NCBI RefSeq assembly: GCF_018977255.1
Contig: NW_024704742.1
Span: 9,612,001 to 9,676,000 of the forward strand
Direction: 5' to 3'
DNA length: 64,000 bases
From: Callorhinchus milii
Taxonomy: Eukaryota
A program made the translations under genes and the position numbers. Within the stretch, counting starts at the first letter, position 1. Every line of letters begins with the position of its first letter. Of this stretch, positions 34,266 through 47,314 are shown one piece after another. The notes beneath the pieces are model-generated. The model did no database searches, was not told the origin of the DNA, and saw only the letters and a list, made by a program, of their open reading frames with translations.

Positions 34266-35649
34266 CATAGAGAGTAGAGTGAGAGACACCATTCCAGAGG
34301 TGAATATATATTGAGAAGGTTTTAAAAATGATGTGCAATTCAACAGAACATTTGTCTACAAATGAAACAGCCATGACACTTTACAGTAAAATCCTGTGAA
34401 GCACTTTGAAGCATCGTCCCAATGTGAAAGATGCTATATTAAATGTATAGATTATCATTATTTTTAAAAGTTGAAATGAATTTGCTGAAACCTAAGTTTA
34501 AAGACTCCACTGTAAGTCTCTCATATACTATCCTGTTTTTTTCTTTCCTGAATAAATCTTAACTTCCAGCGTAGAATGTACATGCTCACAAACAGGAGAA
34601 TATTTCATTACAAAATACAAAAGTGGTAATGCAAGATTTAGCAGACTTGCAGTATTTATACGTCTTTTATTTCTAATGAGTCTTTCAGACGGAGAACTAT
34701 CGGGACAGCCCAAGTGACCAGCACACAGTGTCTTACTAGTGGAATTGAAATTGAAACCTTGGAGGAGAAATATTCCAATGTAAATATTATCATGGCAGCA
34801 AGGCTCATCGATGAGTCGCTCTGAAAAAATATTATTGTTGAAAAATCATCACCGTGGGGTAGAGCACATTTTGTAAGATAGTTTTGAAAGTGACAAGCCC
34901 TGCTTTACTTATGCTGATTCGTTATTACTGATAGGTGCTGAACTTTTACTGAACTTTTTGGTCGGTCTGTGTGCATTGGGAGGTGGAGTGGTGACGAGGG
35001 TTTGTGTAAATTTAGGCTTTAGGAGCAGAGGCAGAGCATTGAGATCCTTGCAAGGTCCAAAGCCTCGGCTGCACCACTATTGAACCCAGTGTTGAGAACT
35101 AGACTATCAGGAAGTTTAAGCATGACCTGCCCCTATATGAGACCACAGGACATTGAGACACATCCTATCTCCTTCCCCCCGCAGTGGATACCGTGAATAC
35201 AACGTAAGCTGAGGTAAAACAAGTGCAACCTATCCTGTGACCAAGGTATACAAGCACAACATCCTTCCGTGGTGAACCACAGGGAAAGGTGAATGCAGTT
35301 CCCTTCTCCCCCTTCCCCTCCCCCACAAGCTACACGTGCCAGAGACGAAGGATGCAGTATCCTCACTAACTACCAGACATGAGTTTTTTATTTTAGAAAT
35401 AATTATTCAACACACCTACCTCTTCCTGTCAAATAGCCGCTCAGACAACATGAAATGCTTTTCACAGGATATACAAAATAGCAGCACATATATGCAGGGT
35501 GGTAATCTGGACTGGCTATCTGAATGTGACTGACTGAGTGAATCCTGACTATTTGGGACTGATTCAAAGTGTCCCATCTCAGCCCCTTTCAGGTCACAAT
35601 TCAATCGTCACGTACCCTGGGATGGAGGCGTCTTAAAACATTAACACGA

Positions 35650-36045
35650 TGACAATCTTTGTATATGCAATACTACCTTTCATGTAGGGAAGATGTCTCG
35701 AACCGTTTCACAGGATACACCGTAAAGTGTAGTGACTGTGTATTTTGTAGGCAAACATGGCAGCAATTTGTACACAAGGATGTCCACAAACAGCCATCGA
35801 GTGAATGACCAGTTTTATTTTATTTGGCTCTGACACCAGGAGAAACTCCCTTCTCCTTTTGAATAGCGCCAAGGGATCTTTAACATCCAATTGAACAGGC
35901 AGACAGGATCACAGTTTTTAATGTCTCCTCTGAAGGACGATACTTCCAACAGTGCACTGCCACATTAACCTGTGAATTCAAAGTCCCGGTGAGGGGCTTG
36001 AATCCCACAACCTTCTGCTTCAGAGGCGAGTGTGCTACCAACTGT
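35650..36045 (-). mobile_element. Older Deu-type tRNA SINE, near full length
   Basis: Head (rc) TTGGTAGCACACTCGCCTCTGAAGCAGAAGGTTGTGGGATTCAAGCCC; Deu-like body; L2-type tail. Confidence 0.8.
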
Positions 36046-36049
36046 TAGT

Positions 36050-36330
36050 AACAACAACAACAACAAAATCACATTTGTAAAGCACTTTTCACATCAGGAG
36101 GACGTCCCAAGGTGATGAACAGTCATGGATCAGGCCCTGAGTGTGGGAGTGCAGGGTTGAGATGAGGGAGGGCAGAGGGGGTAGGAGGGCAGCTGAAGAC
36201 ATGGTCGAAAAGGTGGGTCTTGAGTCATGCCTTGAAGGAGGCAAGAGAGGGAGCAAGGCGAAGGGATTGTGGGGTGGAGTTCCAAAGAGTGGGGGTTGAG
36301 AGGCTGAAAGTGCGGCTGCTGATGGTAGTA
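36050..36330 (-). mobile_element. L2 LINE 3' end
   Basis: (AAC)n tail; TLWNSTPQSLRLAPSLASFKA. Confidence 0.88.
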
Positions 36331-37314
36331 AACCAAAACCTCTGGTATCCTTTCAAGTGGACCGCAATAAAGTCTAATTTGCGGTTTGTGCTAACAATAT
36401 GTAAGATCATGTGTAAAGGAGGGAATTACAGGTAACTATAATAATAATAATCCTTGCATTTGATATAGCACCTTATCACATCTTCAAGACATGTCAAAGA
36501 GCTTCACAGAATATACTATAAAGTGAATTGACTATATGTTTTGTGGGCAAAATGTGGCAGCCACATTGGAGCCCAGAACCTAGGCTGGAATGAATGAAAA
36601 AGAATCAGGGTGATCCTTGTCTCCTTTTCATCAGTTGTGATAATTAAAAGCACCTGTAATTTCTTCTGCACACACACGTTTAGAGACTGCAAATTAGACT
36701 CCATTAACAGATTAATTCCCAAATCAGGCATTATGCTGAGTGAACTGTTTCCCCACCACTACCCAGCTAAATCGCAGTTAAGTGAATTAAATGTTGCACT
36801 TTCACAGATTACATGGGCTCTCTTTAATATGCTGGCACAGCGCTGAGTGGGACGACATTGAAATGGATTGGGCTATTCATATCTCTGAGAATGGGGCTTG
36901 CAAGATTCTGACAGAGAAATAATTTAATTTGACATTACGAGTATGTTTAAATGAAAGTGCTCGTGCAGAAAGGAAAAGAAACAGGCAAAGGCCCACTGTA
37001 TTATTAAAGACATAGTACAGTGGAGATGTTAGCCAAAGTTCAGCTTTCTTGTCCCTGAAATGTACTACTAGTTTCACTATTGTGTATGTACTTTATTTCA
37101 CTTTTTACATTGAGAAAATTGCTGCCTGAACATCCACAAGATGTTCAGAACAGCAGCAGTAAGAGTGTGGTATTTCCCCTATTGGTGCTGGATCTGACAA
37201 TCTTTACAGGCCTTGCTATTTTTGTCCATATCTTATTCAGTTTGTGTTTGTGCTGAGATTTCCAACAAATTGACAAAAGCCTCTGAGCGTTGCAACTGTG
37301 CAAAGGTAGAATTT

Positions 37315-37680
37315 GTGGAGTCTTATAGCTTAGTGGTTAGAGCACTCATTTTGCAAGTGAGTGAACCTGGGTTCAATTCCTGACAGGGCGAAGCTTTGGG
37401 CAAGTTTCCTTACTCCACGTGCCTCTGTTTTGCCGAACACTAAGCAGGAATCCGGTTGTTAATCGATTGGAGGATTGCTTTTCCGGGGGTACTAATCCCT
37501 TCCAAAAAAAATTATAATAATTTGGTCACTCAATCCATGACTGTTTGTGGGACACTGCTGTGCTCAATTGGCTGTCATGTTTCGCTCATAAAATATACTT
37601 TACAGTATATTCCGTGAAGTGCTTTGAGATGTCTCGAAGATGTGATAAGGCACTATATCAAATGCAAGGATTATTATTAC
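37315..37680 (+). mobile_element. tRNA-derived SINE, full-length long form
   Basis: Head, body and tail. Confidence 0.92.
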
Positions 37681-37889
37681 ATAGAATCATTAGCCATTTA
37701 GCCTCACTAATCCAGTCATGTGAGATTTTAGAAAGTATGCTGTTTGGGACTTCCGAATCACATGTCTCGGCTGACACTCCAGTGCAGTGCTGAGCGTGGG
37801 CTGCCTGATTCGAGACACCATGCAGATGACAAACATTTTGAGAAAATGTGGAATCAGAGGAGGCAGCTGAAATCTTATAAAGAGACATT

Positions 37890-38285
37890 TTTTTGGTCAG
37901 CCTTGTGTCTGACAGATGGAAACCCATCACGATGCTCAATAGTGGCCAATCTTTTTGGTCGGCCAACAAAATAAATGTTCTTGATTGAATATTTCTTGAT
38001 CTATGCCACAATGATCTGGGTAATGCTTCTTGATGGCCCGATGAACTAGATTGTAGTTTGGCCGGCACTGCTTAAGAGTATCCAAACCAGACTGAGTGAT
38101 ACCTATGTATGACATCTAAGCATGGAAATGTTGCTGTGTCTGGAATAGTAAGCACACTCTCTCCTTGGAGGGATGTATCCTCCTTTGCTATTGCCAAAGA
38201 GTATTAGGCGCAGGTTGGCAAGAGCCAAGGCTTGGGATCCCAGAATATGCATTCACGTACTGCTGATGTTTAACTAGCTAAAAGC
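37890..38285 (+). repeat. Unclassified ancient repeat with a ~125-nt insert (37941-38068)
   Basis: TTTTGGTCAGC terminus, AAACCCATCAC, GCAAGAGCCAAGGCTTGGG. Confidence 0.7.
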
Positions 38286-38432
38286 AGGTTAAACGAGCCA
38301 AGGTGCTCAACAACAACAAAAACAACTCGCATTTATATAGTGCTCCTCATGCAGGGTAGCATCCAGAGTGCTTGACAGTGGCAGAGCACGACACCGAGCT
38401 GGGGGGAGGGGGCGGTGACCATGGTCGAATAG

Positions 38433-39201
38433 AATGATAGAATTATACAGCACAGAAGGAGATCATTCGGCCCATCGTGTCTGTGCCGGCTCTTTTAAAA
38501 CAGCTATCCAATTCTATTCCACTCCCCCACTCTATCCCCATAGCCCTGCAAACTTGTCCTCCCCAAATAATTATCTACTTCGCTCTTAAAAGTTGTTATC
38601 GAATCGGTTTCCACCACCCTTTCAGGCAATGCATTCCAGATCAGAACAACTCGCTGTGTGAAAAAATTTCTCCTCACCTCCCCTCTGTTTCTTTTAACAA
38701 CTATTTTAAATCTTCGGTAACCTCGGGTTACCAACCCACCCACCAGTGAAAATAGTTTCTCCTTGTTCACCCTATCGAATCCCCTCATCATTTTGAAAAC
38801 TTCTAATAAGTCTCCTTCTCTGCTCCAAGGAGAATAATCCCAGCTTCTCTAGCCTCTCCTGATAACTGGAGTCCCTCTTCCTGGTACCATCCTGGTAAAT
38901 CTCCTTTGCACCCTCTCCAATGCCTTGACATCCTTCCTGAAGTGTGGTGCCCAGAATTGAACACAGTCTCTAGCTGAGGCCTCACCAGTGATTTATAAAG
39001 ATTCATCATAACTTCCTGCCTTTTGTATTCTATGCCCCTATTTATAAAGCCTCGTATCCCGTGTACTTTTTCAACAGCTTTATCTACCTGTCCTGCCATC
39101 TTAAAAGATTTACTTGTATGAAGCCCCAGGTCTCTTTGTTCCTTCACTCCCTTTAAGATTCTACCATTAGATTATATTGCTTCTCCTCATTCTTTCTCCC
39201 A
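38433..39201 (-). mobile_element. CR1 LINE 3' ~770 nt nested in an L2 fragment (38308-38432 and 39202-39380)
   Basis: [51 protein letters not shown] on both flanks. Confidence 0.92.
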
Positions 39202-40136
39202 AATAGGAAGGTCTTCAGGTGCAACCTGAAGATGGCGAAGGAGGGGGCATGATGGAAGGATAGATTCTAGTATTCTAGAGTTTGGGGGCATATTGGCTGA
39301 AAGCGCGGTCATCAATGGTGGAACGGAGGGCAAGAGGGACATGCAGAAAGCCAGAGCCAGTCGAGCAGAGGCTTCAGCTCAGCCACAAATTTTTCATCTG
39401 AACCTCTCTTGTGATCCAATGATGTTATTTTAGACTTCCCTGTTGAGATTGGAGTTAGCTGTAGTGCAATACCTTCTGCTATAACCGCTCAAATCCTGGA
39501 GAAGAGAGATACCTTCTCAAAGATGTCAATTCAAGACCCTTATTTTCATATTTTCTTCAATGTCAAAATCATTTGACCCATTTATATTGAGTTGGGATCA
39601 GGTCATTCAAGATCCTTATGCAGCCTTTGGCCATTTATGTTGCTGCATCATTTGGGACGTCGCCTTAGCACACGAAAGGCGCTACACAAATGTTATTTTG
39701 TATATTGTGTGGTATTTAACAGATGGTTGGACAGAGTGGAAGAACAACCAGAGTTTAACAGAGTGGAAGAACCACCAGCTAAGGTAGGTCAGCCAAAACT
39801 TGGATGAGTTCACCAATGGACACTGTGGGAGCCTCTTTAATTGCAATTGGAAGCTGGATTGCATGGAAATGTTCTAGGCAGCAGTGAGGTATGTGTGAGG
39901 TTTATTATAATCCACTGATGTGTTCATGTCTTATGAATTATCCATCAGCCTTCCTTATAGAGATAGTTATGATATCACATGGCTGGGCAAGGGATAGCTT
40001 CTGTTTCCAGCAGCTGCTTGTACACTGCAAGGGGTGAAACATCAACATTTCATAATATTCAATGTGACATTGAAGAGTTTTGAAGTTTCGTAAATTGCAT
40101 CCTTAGATCACAATTTTTCAACAGAGGTTTGAATAG

Positions 40137-40470
40137 TAACATAGAAACACAGAAACAGGAGTAGGCCATTCAATGCCTCCAGCCTGATAAGATCATGGCT
40201 GATTTGTAACTCAAGTCCAATTACCCGCCTTTGCCCCATATTCCTTAAAATCCTGACCTAACAAATGGCTATCTACCTCAGTCTTGAAGATGTGAATGGA
40301 TCCAGCATCCACAACCTCTTGGGGGGGAGAGAGGTGCAGATTTCCACTACCCTTTGGGTGCAAACTGGCTCCTAATTTTGTTTCTAAATCGCCTGGCTCT
40401 AATTTTAACATTGTGCCCCCTTGTTCTGAAATGTGAACTACCAGAGGAAATAGTTTCTCTGCAAAGGCCC
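40137..40470 (-). mobile_element. CR1 LINE 3' end (second family)
   Basis: EVVDAGSIHIFKTEVDSHL; (TTTCTRTG)-type tail. Confidence 0.82.
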
Positions 40471-41003
40471 ATTTGATCACATTCTTTCAGACTTCCAATC
40501 CCACTGTCTTCCCATTACAATATTTCCTGATGACCTTCATAATCTTGAACTTCTTCTCCCGTTGCCACTATACTGAAAGGATTGTTCTGCTTTTACTTTC
40601 TCCATCCATTTTGCATCTCGTCAGTTCCCTATACTCTATATAAGTTCCCCTCTGAGATGTGAAGGTTAACGTTTCCTTGAACACTGTTTTTCATTGACTT
40701 TTAAGATCAGTGGCACCTCAAGCGATGTGGAGTCAAGATTCACTCTATCAATTATGAAATAATTGCAATGTACCATCAATTATTTACTGCTTCCTTTCTC
40801 CTTTTCACTCTCTCTTGTTCTCTGAAATTCTGTATTTCCATTAAGTACTTAACTTTGTCGCGTGCTACTTGGCTTTCTTGTATTGTGTCTAGCCTGCTGG
40901 GGGAACCTGCTGGTCCTTTCACTAAGATATCATTGATACAACATGTCAAGTATTCCAGTCTGGTGATGCTGTCTGTGTGTATTTCTCCCTTTCACACTAT
41001 AGC

Positions 41004-41340
41004 CTGGAGTCCTGTCGCTCAATGGTTAGAGTACTCGCGAAACGTTGGGCAAGTTTCCTTACTCCACACACCTCTGTTTACCTAGCAGTAAGTAGGAAGC
41101 CGGTTGTTAGTCGATTGGCAGATCACTTTCTGGGGGTAATAATCCCTCCAAAAAAAAATAATAATAATGTGGTCACTCAATCCATGACTGTTTGTGGGAC
41201 GCTGCTGTGTGCAATTGGCTGCCGCGTTTCGCCCACAAAGTCAATTTACTTTACAGTATATTCTGTGAAGCGCTTTGAGAAGTCTCGAAGATGTGATAAG
41301 GCGCTGTATCAAATGCAAGGATTATTATTATTTATTATCA
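41004..41340 (+). mobile_element. tRNA-derived SINE, head partly deleted
   Basis: B box missing; body and tail intact. Confidence 0.9.
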
Positions 41341-43057
41341 TGGTCCACAGGACATTCAAAGGCATTAGTGATGAGTGTTCAGCTCAGCTATCAAGTGTGC
41401 TCTTCCATTGTTGCAAATGAGCAGAGTGCCAACATACAGTCTCCATCAGGCTAATGTGCAGTGTAAACACAATGATTAAGGTAAGGAGACCTGAACTGAG
41501 TTATCTGGACAGCAAGACCTAGAATTATGCAGAAGAATTTGTTGTTTTAAATGTTTAAAGTGATGGTCAGGAATCCGATTTTATTCAGAGCATTTACTTC
41601 CTCATGTTTTGTCAAGTCAACTGCTCCCTATTTTTCCTTGTCAAATTTTCTCCCCTCTTCCTTTCCTGATTCCGTTTTACTTTCCGGACAGGATTCTCAT
41701 CACAATCAATCAACTGGTCCGGGTAAGTTCGGGCGGCAGAGTTCTGAATGAGCTGGATCTTTTGAATAGTGCAGCTGGGGAGACTGGCGAGCAGTCCATT
41801 TGAGTAATGACAAGGACAAGGTTGAAGACAATCTATCTATTGGGGGTTAGCCATGATGTACATGGATCACTGTACTTAAAATCAAGAATATCAAAATCAT
41901 ATATATATATATACCACCTCCATATGGAAGTTTCCCTGTGTCTGGAACTTCCATGTCCTCCACATGGAAGTTTCCCTGTGTCTCTCTCTCCCCGGAGGGA
42001 TACACCATGCATACTTAATTCCAAGAGTATTAGGTGCAGGTTGACAAGAGCCAAGGCTTGGGGACACTAGAGTGTGCTTTGGGGTACTGTTGGATGTTAG
42101 GCCTGTTAGGGTTCTAGCTTGTAGGACTAGAGTTGAGGGGGAAGAATCCTTGTTCCCATGGTTCCTATATTCAGTGCTTTGGGATGTCCTCCTGACATGA
42201 AAGGTGCTCTATAAATGTAATTTTGTTGTTGTTGTTGTTGTAGTAACAATTTATGTGTTCAAACATGAAATTCCAAACCACTGTAATGTTTGTTGGTCCA
42301 AATAGATTTTTCTTAGATTTTACATCCTTATTCGTTTCTATATAAAAAGGGGCCAAGTGATTGAGCATATCCACTGCGCAAGAATCAAAGTGATTTGATA
42401 GCCCTGGAAGATCCTTTTTTTGCAGTGTTAGGTCAGAAGAAACGAAATGATAAAGAAACATTTGCCTACAAAATATACAGTCACTACACTTTACAGTAAA
42501 TACTATGAAGCACTGATGAGATGTCCTCCTGACAGATGTAAATATTATTACTATTTATCAGTTATAATGATACAACCTGTATAATTCATTCACTAAAATT
42601 AGGTCGCACTGAGTCATTCTGAGGTGAGGCTGTTCTGCAATTGGGCTGTTCTCCCCAAAAACATTCCCCCTTAAAGCCAACGGAAGTAGGAAAAAAATGT
42701 TTTACACTCAGATCAGGATGTTGTCAAAAAAGTTTCATAATTGCGTAAAGAATTCTGTATCGTAGGAGTGATTGGGAAGTGGTTTTGCAGCATTGGTATT
42801 CCGCGCTCCGATCAGAGTTGTGTTTGGATCGGGAGTGTGTTTACCTGGATTTGGCTGGCTGTGACCACATCTGCTTCCACGTGGGAATTTCTGGTCAGAA
42901 CTTCCGAATGGAAAATGCTCACTTAATGCAGCCTTTGGAAATAGAATGATTTCCTTCAAACCTAAGTCAAGTCCCACATTTACTACTACAACAACAACTT
43001 GCATTTGTATAGCACCCCTCAAGCAGGGTAGCTTCCTGCAGCGCTTTCCGGCAATAA

Positions 43058-43421
43058 TGATAATAATCCTTGCATTTGATATAGCGTCTTATCACGTCTT
43101 CACAATGTCTCAAAGCGCTTCACAGAATATATTGTAAAGTGAATTGACTGTACATTTTGTGGGTGAAACGTGGCAGCCAATTGCACACAGCAGTGTCCCA
43201 CAAACAGTCGTGGATTCAGTGACCATATTATTATTATTATTTATTTATTTTTGAAGGGATTCTTACCCCCAGAAATGGATTTGCCAATCAACTAACAATT
43301 GGGTTCATACTTACTGCTGGGTAAAGAGAGGAAAGTTGCCCAACATTTCACCCTTCCCTGGAACCAAACCCAGGTCATCTTGATTGTGGCGTGTGCTCTA
43401 ACCACTAAGCTACAGGACTCC
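43058..43421 (-). mobile_element. tRNA-derived SINE, near full length
   Basis: Tail at 43058, head ends GCTACAGGACTCC. Confidence 0.9.
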
Positions 43422-43734
43422 ATTTAAAAGTGGCGTAAAAATCACTGCTGTTGCTAGATAAATCTCACGATGTATGACAATTACACATATATATTTTATT
43501 GTTGTTTGAATGTTTTTCAATTATTTTCTATCAAAGCAAATATTGAAATTTTTAAAACAATATAGTCACAAGAAATATTCTTTTTTGCACAATATTTGAG
43601 ATAACAACAGAGCACAGTCAGAAGGCATGGAATGGATTGACGTCTTGAATTTGAGCCTGGTTATTGTTTTTTGCTGGGAGCACTGAAAAAATTGAAGACA
43701 CAGACATTCCCCATTAGAAATCCTTTAGAAGTCA

Positions 43735-44070
43735 GCCTGGATCAGTTGGTAGCACTATCGCCTCTGAGTCAGAAGGTTTTGCATTCAAGCACTACCTCGG
43801 GACTTTGAACTCATTTAGTCTATGCTACCACTCCAATACAGTGTGGGGACATGCTGCATTGTTGGTGGCGATGTCCTTTGCATGAAACGGTGAACCGAGG
43901 TTCCATTTGCTTGTTCCAAGAGGGCATTAAAGACCCGTAACACTATCTTAAAAGAGAAGGGAGTTTCTACCATTGTCCTGGCCAATGATTCCCCCAGATA
44001 AAATTGGATATTCAATTCATGGCAGTTTTGTGTGTGCAAAATGAATGCCACTTTTGCTTATAAACAGTAC
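43735..44070 (+). mobile_element. Older Deu-type tRNA SINE
   Basis: TGGATCAGTTGGTAGCACTATCGCCTCTGAGTCAGAAGG head and Deu-like body. Confidence 0.8.
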
Positions 44071-44397
44071 TTATATATTCTCATCCACACTGCCAGGGGC
44101 AGTTACTTTATCCACCAGCTCAAAAACAACCATTAAGAAGAGAAGCAGAGCACAATTAATGCAGAGATTAGGATCAGGCCCAATAGTGGTGTAGTTAGAG
44201 CTGCAGTTTATAGACTGGATCCCATTGATACCAATCTTGTCTGTGCTGGTTTGTGGATTTGCTGGTCTCAGCCTGGTCTGCACTGGGAGATTAAATAAAT
44301 TGTGTCCTTTCCTGGGACATGGAAGGGTAAAGTAGACTGAGTTCCTGCTCTTGGTTCCTCTACAGCACCCTCTCCTGGTAGTGTATGCCAATAGCAT

Positions 44398-44776
44398 ATG
44401 GAGTCCTGTAGCTCAGTGGTTAGAGCACTCGCCTCGCAAGCGAGAGACCTGGGTTCAATTCCCGGCAGGGTGAAACGTTAGGCAAGTTTCCTTACTCCAC
44501 ATGCCTCTGTTTACTGAGCAGTAAGTAAGTAAACCGCTTGTTAGTTGATTGGTAGATTGCTTTTCCGGGGGTAATAATTCCTTCAAAAGAAAAAAATTAT
44601 TTGGTCACTCAATCCACGACTGTTTGTGGGATACTGCTGTGTACAATTGGCTGCTGTGTTTTGCCGACAAAATATACAGTCAATTTACTTGACAGTATAT
44701 TCTGTGAAGTGCTTTGAGACGTCTCAAAGGCATGTTGAGGCGCTATATCAAATGCAAGGATTATTATATTATTATT
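44398..44776 (+). mobile_element. tRNA-derived SINE, full-length long form
   Basis: Near-consensus head with anticodon-like loop CTCGCAA; flanked by AATAGCA (44390-44396 and 44777-44783). Confidence 0.94.
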
Positions 44777-44920
44777 AATAGCAGCCAAGTGTTGTTAGGC
44801 TCTGCCGTGACACCATCTTCAGTTGAGTGGCCCGTCAACACTCACTGTCTTGTCTCACAAATGAACAGCGGTCACTTGGGAAGAGTACCGTAGGGCAACC
44901 CGACATTGCATGGAACCATT

Positions 44921-45260
44921 GTGGAGTCCTGTAGCTCAGTGGTTAGAGCACTCGTTTTGCAAGTGAGAGACCTGAGTTCAATTCCAGGCAGAGGGCGAAA
45001 CCTTGGGCAAGTTTCCTTACTCCACACAGAGCCTAATAATAATCCCTCCAAAACCCAAAACAATAATAAATTGGTCATTTTCAACCTACGACTGTTTGTG
45101 GGACATTGTTGTGGGACATTGCTGTGCACAATTGGCTGCCGCGTTCGCCCACAAATATACAGTCAATTCACTTTACAGTGTGTTCTGTGAAGCGCTTTGG
45201 GACATCCTCCCGACGTGAAAAGCGCTATATCAAATGCAAGGATTATTATTATTATTATTA
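44921..45260 (+). mobile_element. tRNA-derived SINE, short young subfamily
   Basis: ~98% identical to 35-351 apart from a 13-nt tandem duplication (45096-45121). Confidence 0.94.
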
Positions 45261-45379
45261 TTTCCTAGCAAGAGGGCACCAGACAGGAAGCAGAAGCATA
45301 TTCTAGTTGGAAAAAAATTGCAAAAATAAATGGGACACATTTATTACAACAATTTTTAAAAAAATGAAACTATTCAATA

Positions 45380-45645
45380 AATCAAATAGGGAAGTCAGAA
45401 AAAACTTCTTTACCCAGAGGTGGGAATGTGGAACCTGCTACCACAAGGAGTAGTTGAGGCGAACAGCATCGATGCATTTCAGGGGAATCTAGATAAGTAC
45501 ATGAGGGAGAAAGGCATAGAAGGTTATGCTGATAGGCTTAGTTGAGGAAGGGCAGGAGGAGGCTCATATGGAGTGTAAATGTCGGCATAGACCACTGGGC
45601 TAAATGGCCTGTTTCGGTGCTGCATATTCTATGTAATTCTATGTA
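45380..45645 (+). mobile_element. CR1 LINE 3' end
   Basis: TTCTTTACCCAGAGG, TGTGGAAC; (ATTCTATGTA)n tail. Confidence 0.8.
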
Positions 45646-47314
45646 ATTAATTTAGTGTGGTGCTATCTTCGTTTGTCTCAAAGAAGTTTCACACAAGTGA
45701 CAATACATTAATAAAATAAAGAGAGAAAGCTTCATATTTCATTCTTTGGAACCAACATATCACAGCAGCAATAACAATAACAATCCTTGTATTTGATATA
45801 GCGCCTTATCACGTCTTCAAGACATCTCAAAGCGCTTCACACGATATACTTTAAATTGCAGTAACTGTATATTTTGCGGGCGAAATGGAGAGCTCTTTGA
45901 ACAGTGGAAATCGTAACATTTTGGTCCGGACTGTTTCTGCACCAATCTTCATGTGAATGGCAGTTTGTCCATCGGCAACTCAGCTTGTGGTAATCTTGGA
46001 TCTCACCTTCTCTGTTACAGCAGACAAACAATCTGTCCAGTTTATAGAGTGCTAATAACCAGGGCTGGCACTGAACGAACACGCCTCAGCCGTCAGTACC
46101 ATATGGGGGGTAATGTTCAGCCTGTGGGTTTGCACTGCCCAGTCATGCACCTTTTATTCAGTCTGCTTTACGAAAACACAGAGTGGACAGAAACTAACTT
46201 CAGTCTGAATTTACATAGATTTACGTAGATTGTACAGCACAGAAAGAGACCATATGGCCTAGCTGGTTCATGGTGGTGTCTACACTATTATACTCCACAA
46301 GTCTCGACCAATTCCTTACTCCCTCGGATACGCTTGTATTCCCTTCTCCCTCATATGTATATCTAGCTTCCTACTAAATGTATCTGCTGTATAATCTAAA
46401 TGTAACACAAAAAACCTCTGACTATTGCTATGGATGGGATGTCCTGCTAGGCAATCTCTGTGTCAACAACAACAACAAATTATATTTGTTTATATGCTGT
46501 TTATATTTTATATTTATTTCATGTCAGGAGGATGTCCCAAGGCACTGGGTGTCAGCTTCACTCATTGGTGTCAGTTACAGAAGACTACTGTGATCAAGAT
46601 GGGAGTTAGAAGAAATAATAATTCTTGCATTTGATATAGCGCTTTTCATGTCTTCAAATTGGTCAAAGGAGCAATATTGAAGGCTTTGGGGAAAGAGCAG
46701 GGAATTGAGATTAGAGTAGATAGCTCCAAGGAAAGAGCTGTCATCAGCACAGATTCAATAGGATGAATGATGGCTTCTTTCATATTGTAATTTTTTGAGT
46801 TCTTTGAATTACAACTGTCGAAAAAAGAACAAAAATGGCAGTGGACTGATGTCAGGGTTAATATACACCATTTACTGTATTTACCCCATCACCAAACCTT
46901 TGATAATAATAATATTCCTTGCATTTGATATAGCACCTTATCATGTCTTTGAGAAGTCTCAAAGCGCTTCACAGATTAAGCTGTAAAGTGAATTAATTTT
47001 CCAAAATTCTGCACCCTGGTGCAGTGGTAGAGCTCTCACCTCTGAGTCAGAAGGTTGGGTTCCAGCCCCACGGTGGGACTTGGAATCACATAGACTAAGC
47101 AGACACTCCAATGCAGTGTTGGGGTTGGGGGGTGCATTGTCAGAGGTGCCGTCCTTTGAATGAGACCTCAAACCGAGGTCTGGCTGTTCAGGTAGATGTT
47201 GAAAATCCCACACAAAATGTCTCAAAGGGCTTCACAGAATACACTGCAAAGTGAATTGACTGTATATTTTGTGGGCGAAATATGGCAGCCAATTGCGCAC
47301 AGCAGTGCTACTAG

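Noticed and set aside
34689..34824. Acceptor plus 44 open codons in phase with NRG1 exon 3 (possible distal alternative last exon)
   Set aside because: No homology, a competing AG just upstream, no nearby poly(A) signal, and it lies well past the likely 3' end
39730..39778. Short direct repeat ACAGAGTGGAAGAACMACCAG
   Set aside because: Two-unit local duplication; not a CRISPR-like array, and no regularly spaced repeat-spacer structure exists anywhere in the window
44398..44472. tRNA-Ala genes
   Set aside because: Every cloverleaf continues into the SINE body with no adjacent poly-T terminator and has a mismatched first acceptor pair; these are SINE heads
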